Positions 12,601 to 24,900 of a stretch of DNA of 64,000 nucleotides are shown here, piece after piece. Where the stretch lies: NCBI RefSeq assembly GCF_035594765.1, contig NW_026943824.1, positions 8,140,317 through 8,204,316 on the forward strand, read 5' to 3'. Position 1 is the stretch's first letter; the number at the start of each line of letters is the position of its first letter. Both the position numbers and the translations under genes were made by a program. Source of the stretch: Anolis carolinensis (taxonomy: Eukaryota). The notes under the pieces are model-generated. The model saw nothing but the letters and a program-made list of their open reading frames with translations, was not told the origin of the DNA and ran no database searches.

Positions 12601-13904
12601 GGCAAACACCTCCCCCCCCCCCCCCATAGACAGACAGGCTCCCTAGGGAGCCCCTGCCCTGCCCTTTCTTCCTTCTCCAGGGGAGAAAAGCTAACCTCTG
12701 AGGTTGTTCCCCAGGTATGTCCAGGAGGTCATCCAGCGAGGGCGCTCCTCCTCCTCCTCGGCCAGACCGGCCTGTCTGCCGGTCCTGAATGTGGTGCCCG
12801 CTGTCTCCGACCTGGACCTCTCTGCACCACCCGAGTATGTGCCCCCCTCCCCCTCTGAGGGCTCCCTCCCTTCCTGCTCTGCCATTCTGCCCTTGGATGG
12901 CCCCACTCCAGACGCATCTCCCCATCTGGTTGTGTGAGTCCATGTCTGAGTGATGTGTGATGGGGTGGGAGGTCCAGGAGGGGCTTCCCAGGCAAAAGGG
13001 GGCTGCTTTGGGGAAAGGTCGCCCACACTCCCTCCCCACACACCCCTCCTGGCCCTGGTCCTGAAAGGCAGCTCTGTTGGGGTCCCTGGGCAGCCAGATG
13101 CAGCTGCAGGCCTATTGTTCCAGAGCTGATGGGGCTCTCAGTCCAGCATGTGTCAGCTGTTCAGTGTCCTGATGCTCCCTCTGTGCCTTGCCTTTACCTC
13201 CAGGGGGAAGACCCAGAAGCGGCCCCCGCCGGCCCCCCAGCCGCCTTGCGACAACATTGTGGTGGCCTACTACTTCTGTGGGGAGCCCATCCCCTACCGG
13301 ACGCTGGTGAAGGGCCGCGTGGTCACCCTAGGCCAGTTCAAGGAGCTGCTCACCAAGAAAGGGAACTACAGGTGAGGAACAGGGATTGAAGGGTGACATC
13401 CGCCAGAGGCACCCGGCAGCTAGTTTTATCCACTGATATCTTAAAACTATTATTTTGATTTTATGTTATATGTGTTGACAGGGGTTGTTGTTATTATTTT
13501 AGGTGACTTGTTTGTACTTATGTACCATTTTTTTACCTGCTATATGTTTTATGTGCATCATAAGCTGCCAGAGTCCCTTCGGGAAGATGGTGACGGAATA
13601 TAAAGTTTTAAGTTTTTTAAGTTTAAGGGGCCCAGTGGGTCCTTAAGGGGGGGCCTAGCGCAATCCCATGGGGCAGGTGGAGGGGTCTCCCTCGCCTTTC
13701 TGGGGTACATTGTAGTTGCAAGGGGTCACCATCCTCCCCTTTGATTGGACCCACAACTCCCTCCCCACTTTCCCCAGGTATTACTTCAAGAAAGTGAGCG
13801 ACGAGTTCGACTGTGGTGTGGTCTTTGAAGAGGTGCGGGAAGACGAGGCCGTCCTGCCCATCTTCGAGGAGAAGATCATTGGGAAAGTAGAAAAGATCGA
13901 CTAG
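6681..13904 (+). CDS. AXIN1: Axin-1 (~900 aa, 10 coding exons)
   Basis: Exons 6681-7651, 9682-9822, 9999-10095, 10203-10340, 10535-11058, 11208-11378, 11980-12225, 12715-12834, 13204-13371, 13778-13904, all phase-consistent. Contains the tankyrase motif RPPVPGEE, the RGS domain, the GSK3 site [15 protein letters not shown], the beta-catenin site [15 protein letters not shown], and a DIX domain ending [10 protein letters not shown]. Confidence 0.97.
11480..11660 (+). mobile_element. Vingi-like LINE 3' end fragment
   Basis: Reverse complement of 23200-23360, which adjoins a Vingi-type RT fragment. Ends in ...CTGACACGATAAATT. Confidence 0.55.
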
Positions 13905-14584
13905 CAGCAGGGAGATCCAGGGGTGGGGGTCCCCTGGGGGTGCATCTGCCTTCCTGTTCTGGAGCACTGCAGTGAAGGGCAGCTACTGCTGCTGCTTCTT
14001 CCAAGTCTGTTATGAATGGGAAAGACCTGCATGGCACCCCTTTCCAAAATGGGAAGGGAGGGAGGGAAGGAAGTGGGGGGCTTGTGCACTTAGACCCCTT
14101 CCTGCTTTGGGCTTTGTGGGGCTCCCTCCTCATTGCCTCTGCCCTCAAGGGCTTTCCATGGGAGGCCTGGCCTTTCCTTCCTCTTAAAGGGGGCTCTTGA
14201 GGGAATTGGGAGGGGGATCTCACTGCTGCATCCCCCCATCTGCATTTGCATCACTGAGTGCCTTCAAACCACACAGCTCTCCTCCTCTTCCTCCTCCTCC
14301 TCCTCCTGGGTCTGAAGAAGAGGCTGTTTGGCGGCTTCCTCCCTTCCTTCTGGGAGGGGTTTTTAATGCGCCTGACCTGTCCGTCCGTTGCGGAGGGGAG
14401 GGGTCTTTGTTTCCCCTTTTTTCTGAAGGGGCTTCGGTTGTAAATATGTACATTTTGTAAGCAAAGCATCAGCTGCCAGCGGTTGGGCAGTTGGCAACTG
14501 GTGCCTCCAGGACATTTTTCACACTTCGACTTGTACAATTTTATCTTTTGAAAGGTACTTGGATAATAATAATAATGATAATGG

Positions 14585-14590
14585 AATAAA
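14585..14590 (+). terminator. Candidate AXIN1 polyadenylation signal
   Basis: AATAAA ~680 nt after the stop and just before the convergent PDIA2 3' end. Confidence 0.6.
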
Positions 14591-14768
14591 ACCCCACGTT
14601 CGAAGGGTTGCCCTCCGTGTTTACCTTCATTGGTGCCCCTTTCCCTTTGCTTCTATGGGGAGATGTGCCTGTGTGAGTTATTGGGGGGGGGGGGGGTATG
14701 CGGAAGAAAGGAAGCGGTGGAGCCATATCTTTTGCCAGAGGGATGGGTTTTATAGCTCTACTCAGGCC

Positions 14769-17700
14769 TTACAGCTCATCTCTTGGCTCCAGAGACTTCG
14801 CCTGGCCCTCCTCCTTCGGCTCCTCTTTGGGGGTCTCCTGGAAAAGGGGAGACCCAGAGTCCTCTGTAAGCAGCTTCGCTCTGACACTTGGCTGTTCCCA
14901 CAGCCATTCAGCATCACCTTCTGTCCCTCCTTGGATTGAATGGGGGGGGGGCTCTGCTTCTGCCTCTTGCACCCAGCCCCACTTTATCAGGGGAAGCCTT
15001 TCAAGCAGATTTGGGCCCTGAACCGAGGGGGTAGTGCCGGTACTTACTGGGGGCTTCTCTACAGGAGGGGTCTCTCCCCCATTTTCCAGGAACCTCAAGA
15101 GGCTGTCCAGGTCTCTGTCACCCCAGTATTCTGTCATCTAGGCGCGGAAAGGGGCGCACATCAGACCCTTGCCGTCGTATTGGGTTACCCCACCCACCAT
15201 CCCTCGCAATCCAAGTGCTTGGGCCTACCTCCTTTCCTTTTCCAGCAGGGAAGAAGTAGAGTGTTGGGAAGGCGCGGATGGGCAGCCCTGGCACCTCGTT
15301 GGCTGTGGCGTCCATCTCCGCAATGAGGACGTCCTGCCGACCGTCGAACCTCTGGCCCAGCTGCTCCCAGGCAGGCGCCATGGCCTTGGAGTGGGGGCAC
15401 CAGGGGGCGTCTGGGGTTGGCACAAGCACAGGCCCTTCAGTGACACCCTCTCCGTGGGGCCAGTCTAGGGATGAGGGACTCCAAGACCCAGCATTCTCTG
15501 CTGGCTGAGCTTGACTCTCCGACAAGGGGCAGCACCAGGGGACCTTGCTCTCCCCTCACAATAATGGACCCCTCCTTCCCCCATTAGGGGTGCCCACGGG
15601 CGCTCTGGTGTGGCGGAAGAGTGACCACTTACAGAACCTGACGAAGACATCCTTGCTCTCGTCCAGGGCCACCTGCTCAAAGGTCTGCCCCACCAAGGTC
15701 TTCACTGGCCGTTGATCCCAGTCGCTTGGGGGCTCCTCGCTCATAAAGTGGGGCTGAAGGACGGAGCCAAAGCAGAGGGTTGGGGCAGAGGCCCAGAGCG
15801 CTCCTCAAACGCCAGAGGCAGAAGCACAGAGGGACAAATGCCTCCAAAACTTAAAGTCCTCTCCTTGCCCCGGTCTCCAACCCCCCCCCCAACCCCTGTT
15901 TCAACTGCTCCCCACCTGGACTCTGCCTTCTAGCACATCCTGGCAGAAGGTGCTGATGTCACTAGCGGAGAGGTCCCGCCCTTGCTCCATGTCCAGGAGA
16001 TACTTCTGGTTGGTCTCAATGTGAATGAACCGAAGGGCAGGGACCTGATGACTCTTCAGGCCGAAGAAGTGGAGCAGGCTGGCCCCGTCCCCACCAACGT
16101 TGGCCAACACAAAGAGCACCTGCAAATTGGGGGGGGGGGGGCAGCCTTGAGGATTGAGTCCTCAATAGCCACCCCCATCCCTACAGTAACGGCAATGCAA
16201 TAGCCTCAGAAGGGTAGCAGGGGGGCTCACCTGGTTCCGGAAGGTGGGAGCCGCTCCCCGGAAGCCTTCCAGAAGTGCCGAATGGGGCCCCTCCGTCTTG
16301 TTGAGGAAGAGTACCAGGTGGTTTGGGACTTTGGCCCCAAATATCCTGGAGGAGTTCTGCGGAGGACAGTTCAGGGGACAGGGTGAGCCTGTGTGCCATG
16401 GGGGGGAGGGGTACCAAGTCCCGCCCTGCCCCAGCTCACCCCCCCCCAACTCAGAGAAGCATAGCTAGCAACTGTTTGCCCACTTCCAAGACCTGGTTCG
16501 TGAACTCCACCACCGGCTCCAGGCTCTGCACCGCAAGGAAGTGGGCCAACTCTGCCTCATCCAAGCCCAGCTCCTCATCAATGAGGAAGTCCACTCTGGG
16601 GGCATCGCTGCCCTCCGTGTCCTGGGGAAGGTGCGAGGAGAGAAGGGCCTTTAGGGTCAGGAGGGAGGCCAAGGATCCCGTCCTACACAACGCCATACAC
16701 GGGGGACACCCTCCTTGTGGGGCTCCAGCCTCACCGTCCACCGGAAGAGGGCTACTGTCTCCCCCAGGACGCCGTACTTGTCAAAGAGGGCCGGGCGGTC
16801 AGTGAGGGCCACGGTCACAGTGTCGTCATCCATATCGCAGGCCACCTTACAGAAGAGGCGAGCTTCCTGGCCCTCTGGGTCCTGAAAGAAGGGCAACTGA
16901 AGAGTGAGCACATGCTCCTTGTTCTCCAGAGCCCCGGTCGTTGGCTCCCGAAGGCGCAAGACTCACGTGAAAGAATCCAACAGCAGCCACCGGATGGGTG
17001 GCCAGGAAGGCTGTGGCCTCCTCCTCCCCGGTGAGCAGCGGGGCGCTGGGTTTGGCCTTCCGCCTCATCCAGGCCACAATCGCCTCGGCCTCCCTCTCCC
17101 CTGGACAAGAAGGCACGGGTCAGGGGGCTGCACGGGGGGCGGGGGCTGCAGTGGGTGCCCTTGGGTTGGAGGGGGCTCACCTTTGTAGTCTATGGGGTGG
17201 CTGCGGTCTCCCTCCCGGAAGAGCTTGAAGGCAGGGAACCCAGCAACGCCAAACTCCTGCCGCAGCTCTGGCTCCTGCGTCCCATCCACCGACGCCAGCC
17301 TCAGGGAGCTGCTGGACCTCTCCTCTCTCAGCAAGGCGGCCGCCTTGGCATATTCGGGGGCCAGTGCCTGGCAGAGGTCGCTCCAGGGGGCATCTGGCGG
17401 AGAGAAGGGGCCGCCCCAAAGGAGGCACTGGAAGAGGCATGGTGGCGGGGGAGGGGGCATTCTCCCCATGAGCCTCATGCCAGGCTTGGGCCCAGCAGCC
17501 ACGCAGGCACTGTTTGCATGGCTCCTGACCGCGGCAAGGCTTTGGAGGATGTTTGCTTTTCCAAGGTGCCCTGATACGCCTTTGTGGCACTCAGCGGCTG
17601 CCCGACAGGAACGGCATTAAGGAGCGGTCTGTGGGAGAAGGACCGGACCTCAAAGCCAGCAGCAGGCAAAGTCATTCCCACCCTTTTTTTATCATGTCAG

Positions 17701-18280
17701 AAGCAACTTGAGAACATGCTGCAAGTCACTTCTGGTGTGAAAGAATTGGCTGTCTCCAGAGACGTTGCCTGGGGAATACCCTGATGTGTTACCATCCTGC
17801 TGGGGGGCTTCTCTGATGTCTAGCTGACAGATGGAAACTCACCCTGTCTCGCAGATTTGAATCGGCAACCTTCAGGTCAGCAACCCAACCTTCAGGTCAG
17901 CAGTCCAGCCGGCACAATTACTGCACCCTGGCTTTTTTCCCACCCCAGTGGCCCCTCAGAAAGAGACGGGGAGGGGAGAATGGTGCAGACCAACCCCTCC
18001 CTCGCTCCCACTCCCGATGCCCCTTTGCCAACTCACGGAAAAGCACCAGGAGCAGCCGGTTCTCCTGCAAGGCCTGTGTAAAGCCCTGCTGGTTGAGGAC
18101 CAAGACCTCTTCCTCCTCCTCCACCTTGAGGTCAGGTTCTCCAGAGAGGGTTCTCCCTTCGCTGGGCCCTTGCTGCCCCTCTGTGGGGGTCAGCGTCTCC
18201 TGAGTGACTGCTACTCGCACCCAAGACAGGGTCAGCCATGGGATCAGCATCAGAGTCATCCATCCAGGGAAGTGGCCCAT
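14769..18280 (-). CDS. PDIA2: Protein disulfide-isomerase A2 (PDIp) orthologue, ~552 aa, 11 exons, with degenerate active sites
   Basis: Exons (minus strand) 18280-18037, 17393-17181, 17100-16967, 16881-16735, 16621-16493, 16356-16231, 16119-15916, 15753-15633, 15410-15229, 15137-15048, 14837-14769. Has a signal peptide, a-b-b'-a' thioredoxin folds ([33 protein letters not shown]) and C-terminal RDEL. Convergent with AXIN1 as in human. Confidence 0.93.
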
Positions 18281-18872
18281 GGTGGAGTCAGCCCAGGAGG
18301 AAAGGCGTCCAAGGAGGTACTGGAGCCAGGAGACGCCAGGAAATGATGGGAGGGAGGGAGGGGCCCAGATAAGGCTCAACTGTGGCCCCTCCCTATCCCC
18401 ATAGTTTCTTCTGGCCCTTTGCCACAGGCTGCTCCCTTCCTTGGAAGGACAAAAGTGAGAGCTACATCCTTGGCCTGCATCTCTTGGGGGTGTCCATACT
18501 TGGCGGTGTCCAGTATAAGTCCACACTACCACATAATCCAGTTCAAGGTGGATTTTAAACAGCTGTGTGGAAGGGGCGTGAGGCTTCACAGATCTACACT
18601 GTGATATAATTTAGACTATCTGCTTTGAACCTGATTATAGGAGTCCACACTATGGCTGTTGCTATAATTCTATTTATTTATTTGCGACATTTATATCCTG
18701 CCCTTCTCACCCTGAAAGGGACTCAGGGTGGCTTACAAGTTATATGTACATACAATATATCCTATTATTAGTATAGAACAATATAAGCACTATCCATTAC
18801 TATATTGTACTATACCATTATATTGCAATATTATTAGCAATATTACATGCAATATATAATATACAATTATAA

Positions 18873-19075
18873 GGTTAAAGGTAAAAGGTTTTCCCCTGAT
18901 ATTAAGTCCAGTCATGACCGACTCTGGGGGTTGGTGCTCATTTCCATTTCTAAGCCAAAGAGCCGGTGTTGTCCGTAGACACCTCCAAGGTCATGTGGCC
19001 TGCATGACTACATGGAGTGCTATTATCTATTGATCTACTCAAATTGGCATGTTTTCGAACTGCTAGGTTGGCAGG
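18873..19075 (-). mobile_element. Sauria-type SINE (partial)
   Basis: AAGGTAAAAGGTTTTCCCCTGA...TTGTCCGTAGACACCTCCAAGGTCATGTGGCC, the reverse complement of the other copies. Confidence 0.75.
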
Positions 19076-19143
19076 AGAATATACAATTATAATAGTGTAT
19101 TATTATATTGTATTACATTATAATATTATCAATATTATATGTA

Positions 19144-19946
19144 CAGTAGAGTCTCGCTTATCCAACCTTCACTTATCCAACATTCTGTATTATCCAACAC
19201 AGTTTGCCTTTTAGTAGTCACTGTTTTTGTAGTCAATGCTTTCAATACATTGCAATGTTTTGGTTCTAAATTCATAAATACAGTAATTACTACATAGTGT
19301 TACCTTGTATTGAACTGCTTTTTCTGTCAACTTGTTGTAAATCATGATGTTTTGGTGCTTAAATTGTAAAATCATAGCGTAATTTGGCATTTAATAGGCT
19401 TTTCCTTAATCTCTCCTTATTATCCAACATTTTCGCTTATTTATTTATTTCTTTACAGTATTTATATTCCGCCCTTCTCACCCCGAAGGGGACTCAGGAC
19501 AGATTACAATGAACACATATATGGCAAACATTCAATGCCAACAGACAAACAACATACAGTATAGACAGACACAGAGGCATTTAACATTTTTCCAGCTTCA
19601 CGATTTCGGCCACAGGGGGAGCTGTTGCTTCACCGTCCACTAATGGTTGTACTTCCTCATTCCTTTCCTCGTGTTTTGCTGGCAGTTTTATGGTGTTGTA
19701 AATTAGTTAAATTAGCCTCCGGCATAAAGCGTACCTAAATTTCCCTACTTGACAGATGCAACTGTCTTTTGGGGCTGCATAGGTCAACAGCAAGATGGGC
19801 TATTTAATGGTCGGGGGCTTAACCCGACCCGGGCTTTGAACTCATGACCTCTTGGTCAGTAGTGATTTATTGCAGCTGGTTACTAGCCCGCTGCGCCACA
19901 GCCCGGCCCAACAGCCCATTTATGTTGGATAAGTGAGACTCTACTG
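19144..19946. mobile_element. Tc1/mariner MITE with a nested SINE/L2-tail element (~19441-19905)
   Basis: TIRs CAGTAGAGTCTCGCTTATCCAA / TTGGATAAGTGAGACTCTACTG with TA flanks. Confidence 0.75.
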
Positions 19947-20523
19947 TATATACAATATATGATATTATTAGTATAGCATAATGCTAGTATTATATATATT
20001 ATTATATTGACATAGGAGACAATGTGTTTATTGTTTTTATTCTTCTGTACTGTTTTATGTTGCAGTCTGGAGTGCTTTAGTAAGCCACCCCGATTCCTTT
20101 TGGGAAGATAGGCGGTGAGATACAAATAGTTATTATTATTATTATTGGGGGGGTGTATCCTTCAGAGTTGGAGTGGGGGGCTCTGGGCCCCTTTGGCCGT
20201 GCCGGCCATGAAGCACACTTTCCCGCTTTCCTGGGTTTCATCCCAGAACTAGGGGTTTGGGGGTTAATAATAATAATAATCTTTATTCTTATACCCCACC
20301 TCCATCTCCCCAAAGGGACTTGGGGCGGCTTACATGGGGCAAAAGCCCAAACAAATACAGTAAGGAACATAAAACACATCAAACAGCAAAAACCGTGCGC
20401 AAAAGGAATAAACATTAACATAGAAATAGCAAAAAAATTGGTTAAAACATTTTAAAATACAGTGATAAAATCATAAAAACAACTGGGCGAAAGCGTGCTA
20501 AGTGTGTTTTGTAGACATGAGGT

Positions 20524-20830
20524 ACACTAGTCTCACTTATCCAACGTTCTGGATTATCCAACGCATTTTTGTAGTCAAAGTTTTCAGTGCATTGTGATAT
20601 TTTGGTGCTAAATTTGTAAATACAGTAATTACTACATAGCATTACTGCGTATTGAACTACTTTTTCTGTCAAATTTGTTGTATAACATGATGTTTTGGTG
20701 CTTAATTTGTAAAATCATAACCTAATTTGATGTTTAATAGGCTTTTTCTTAATCCCTCCTTATTATCCAACATATTTGTTTATCCAATGTTCTGCCGGCC
20801 CATTTATGTTGGATAAGTGAGACTCTACTG
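20524..20830. mobile_element. Tc1/mariner MITE
   Basis: Same family TIRs; the left end is slightly degenerate. Confidence 0.75.
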
Positions 20831-21154
20831 CAGTTATTATTATTATTATTATTGAGGGGGGTGTATCCTTCAGAGTTGGAGTGGTCCCCTTTGGCTGTGC
20901 CAACCATGAAGCACACTCTCCCGCTTTCCTGGGTTTCATCCCAGAACTTGGGCTTTGGGGGGTTGTAGAAGGACTCCTGACAAGGAGCCCCCCCTTCAAG
21001 GCTGCACTGTCCTTGATTGTGCTTTGACTGACCTCTGGGTTTCCTTCCAGAACTGCCTTCTAGAACCCGGTGCCGTTCCATGGAACGCGTAGTCCAGTTC
21101 TGGTGCCCTTTGAGAATCCCCCATTGACCTCTGGGCCCATTGCTGTGGTCAGCC

Positions 21155-21863
21155 ATGGGGGCAGGGGGTGAGGCACTGCGAAGAGGGGAGGGAAGGGGGC
21201 CCAATTCAGCCAGCCTCATCCAAGTAAGCATTTCCTCTGAGTCTATTTTTCCTTGCAGGGAGCAAATGTGTGGGGCCTGGAGGAGCCCTACCTCGAAGCC
21301 AGGTAAGTTGGAGCAGGCCTGGGCCAACTTGGGCTCTCCCTCCTGGTGTTTTGGACTTCAACTCCCGCCATTCCTAACCGCCTCAGGCCCTTTCCTTTCC
21401 CCCCTCAGCCGCTTAAGCGGCTGAGGGGGGAAAGGAAGGGGCCTGAGGCGGTTAGGAATGGCGGGAGTTGAAGTCCAAAACACCAGGAGGGAGGGCCTAA
21501 GTCCTATCCCTGTCCTTCAGGAGGAAGAGGAAGGCGAGGAGGCGGCCTTAATGGAGGCGTCGGGGGCCTCGTTGCTGCACGTCTTGGCCCAGAAGGGCGA
21601 CTGCGAAAGGGCCCTGCAACTCCTCTCAAGAGGCCCCAAGGAGGCCCTGCTCCGACGCCAGGTATCCATCATGGCGACTGTTGTTGTTGACTTGGTTGAT
21701 AACCCGCCCTGACCCCTCGCTGACCCCTCTTTCCTCCTCCTCAGGACGCCTCAGGCCGGACGCCGCTCTTTTGGGCCACCGAGAACCGGCGGAAGAGGAT
21801 GGCGGCGCTGCTGCTGGAGCACGGGGCAGACCCCGGCGCCAGGGATCACGTGAGCAAAGGGAG

Positions 21864-21904
<41 letters not shown>

Positions 21905-24900
21905 TTAGTTGTCATGACGACCACCCCCTCCGAGACCCCTCGCTTCCCATTCGCTCTTTGCCAAACGAGGCCCCGCCCCTAACGCCAGGCCCCGCCCCCT
22001 CTGCCTTGGTCTCCTCAGGCTGGGAACCTGTGCCTGCACCGGGCCGCCTTCGTAGGCAGCGCCCGCCTCGCGCGTCTCCTGCTGGACGCCGGCTCCGACC
22101 TGAACGCGCCCAACGCGCGCGGAGAGCGCCCTCTGGCCTTGGCTCGGAGGCAGCGGCGCCCCAAGTGCCTCGCGTGAGTGAGTCCAGAGGCAAGAGCGGG
22201 GAGGCGGGGCTTCCTGAGCAAGGGGCGGTTCCAGATGGCCACGCCCCCTCCTCTTCCCCTCCCTCCCTCCCTCCTCCAGGCTGCTTCTGTCGCTAGGCGC
22301 CACCCCTTCGCCGAAAGACCCGCCTCCTAGGATCCTCTGCAGGTGAGGGAAGTTGGGCGTGGCCACGGACAGGGGAGGGGCTTGTTCGGCAAACAACAGC
22401 AAACCCCGCCCCCTCTTAAAGGGACATCTCTCGCGGCCTGGAGGCCCTGCCTATCCCCTGCCTGAACGGCGTCGACGATGAGCGCGCTCCCGGGGACTTC
22501 CTCTACGTCACGCAGAGCCTTGTCTCGGACTCGGCGGAGGCGCCCCCTGGCGGGTGGGCGCGCAGGCAGGTCAGATGTCAAGGGGAGGGGGAGGCGGCCT
22601 GAGGCTGCTAGGAATGGTGGGAGTTGAAGTCCAAAACACCTCAAAGGCCCAAGTTTGCCTCGACTTTGGCCACGCCCCCTCCGAAAGAAGAGGCGGGCAC
22701 TCTTCCTCTTCCTTCTCCTCAGCGCTGCTCCTGCGGACCCGTCTGCCCCGCCCCCGACTGCTCCTGCTTGCTCCGCTCCGGCCGCAGCGCTGCCTGTTAC
22801 TCCCCGGTGAGAAGCCACGCTCCGTTCCTCTTGGGGGCGTCTCCTCGTGAGCCTGCCCGTCCCTGACCCCGCCCCTTTTGTTCCCCGCAGGAGGGCCGCC
22901 TTCTCCTATTGGACGCCGACGTCGCGAACGCCCTCTGCGAGTGCCACCTACTCTGCTCCTGCGGCAGCGCATGCGCGAACCGCGTGGCCCAGAGCGGGCT
23001 CCGGTGAGAGGGCACGCCCCCTGGCAGGGGAGGCCCCGCCCCCTGGCACCCCCTCAGCCAATGAGGCCCTCTCTCTCCCATCCTTTTGGCAGGACTCAGC
23101 TGCAGCTCTTCCGCTCCGCCGAGAGGGGCTGGGCAGTGCGCGCCATGCAGGACCTGGCTCCCGGCGCCTTCCTCTGCCAGTGAGTCCCTTCCTTGGCTGG
23201 TTTGTTTGTTTATCGTGTCATAAGCGAACCCAGGGTATTTAAAAGCACAAAACAAAGTTATACTAAATGCCCTTTGACAAGTAGCTGGACACGTCAGTGC
23301 CTCTGGTGTTGCTATGAGAAGGTTCTCCAGGGTGCATGTGGCAGGGCTCAGGCTGCATTGTATAATATTATAATGGAATACAATATAATACTATTAATAA
23401 TACAATATAATAATATTAATTATATATTATATATTAAATGCAATATTACTAATAATATTACCATATAATGATATAGTACAATATAGAAATTTAATGCTTA
23501 TATTGTGCTATGCTAATAATATATTGTATGTTCATTTGATTTGTAAGCCGCTCTGAGTCGCCTTCAGGGTGAGAAGAATGGGATATAAATGTAGTAAATA
23601 ATAAATAAATAAATGTAATAGGTGGTCTGTGGTTCACTCTTCTCCACTCTTGGCATGCCTTCCAAGTCGCCCAGTCTTCTGTGTGCCCAGGAGGGAGTCT
23701 CTCATCTGGTATCGGCCACTGATTGAGGTTCCAGCTTTTAGCCTGCCACTTTTGGATTCTTGCTTGCTGAGGTGTTTCCTGCCAGTATCTCTGTAGATAT
23801 TAGGAAAACTATTTCTGGATTTAAGGCGGTGGTGGCTGATATCCAAACATTGGGTATGCGCATTCAGCAGCAGAGCAGCCAAGCGCAAGAGCAGATGCCT
23901 TCACGGTTTCTGGTTGTGATCCCCAGGTTGTGCCAGTCAGCTTTCATATGATATTAGTTCTAGCATCCCCTTTTTGCTTGATAGTCAAGCAGTGCTTCTC
24001 GTAAGTCAGAGCACGGTCTAGAGTGACTCCCAAGTATTTTGAGGTGCTGCAATGCTCCAGCAGGATTCTTTCCTAGATCATCCTCAGAGCTCAAGATGCT
24101 TGTCTGTTCTTAAGCAGACATCTGCAATTTAGATGGATTAAGGATCAACTGGTTTTCCCTGTAATGGGCCAGGAAGACATCTTTCCACCATGTCTCCTTT
24201 ACCATCAGATGGGAGCACTCTCCCCCCCCCTGCCCCCAAGGTCTAACTGCCATTCTGGACCGGAATGAAGAAGGCGGGGCCAGGAAGACATCTTTCCACC
24301 ATGTCTCCTGTATAAATTTAATGATATAATAATATTATAATATATTGTATATACATGTAATATTAAAAATAATATGATGTAATACAATGTAATTTGATAT
24401 ATAATATGATGTAATACAATGTAATAATTATTATATTCACTATTATAATTGTATATTTATATTACATGCAATATTACTAATAATATTGCAATATAGTCGT
24501 ATAGTCATAAGAACCCCGGTGGCGAAGTGCGTTAAAGCACTGAGCTGGAGACTGAAAGGTCCCAGGTTCAAACCCCGGGAGCGGCGTGAGCAGCCGCTTT
24601 TAGCTCCAGCTACTGGCCAACCTAGCAGTTCAAAAACATGCCAATGTGAGTAGATCAATAGGTACCGCTCCGGCAGGAAGGTAACGGAGCTCCATGCAGT
24701 CATGCCGGCCACATGACCTTGCCGGACAACGCCGGTTCTTCGGCTTAGAAATAGAAATGAGCACCAACCTCCAGAGTCAGACATGACTGGACTTAACGTC
24801 AGGGGAAACCTTTACCTTTTTATATTAATATTATAATATATTGTATATACATGTAATATTAATAATATTATGATGTAATACAATATAATAATTATAATTC

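Noticed and set aside
12661-12714. Alternative AXIN1 acceptor at 12680
   Set aside because: It would shift the frame relative to the conserved RYVQEV exon, so 12714 was used.
24511-24600. tRNA-like A/B boxes (also at 6182, 27400, 45785)
   Set aside because: These are heads of Sauria-type SINEs, not tRNA genes.
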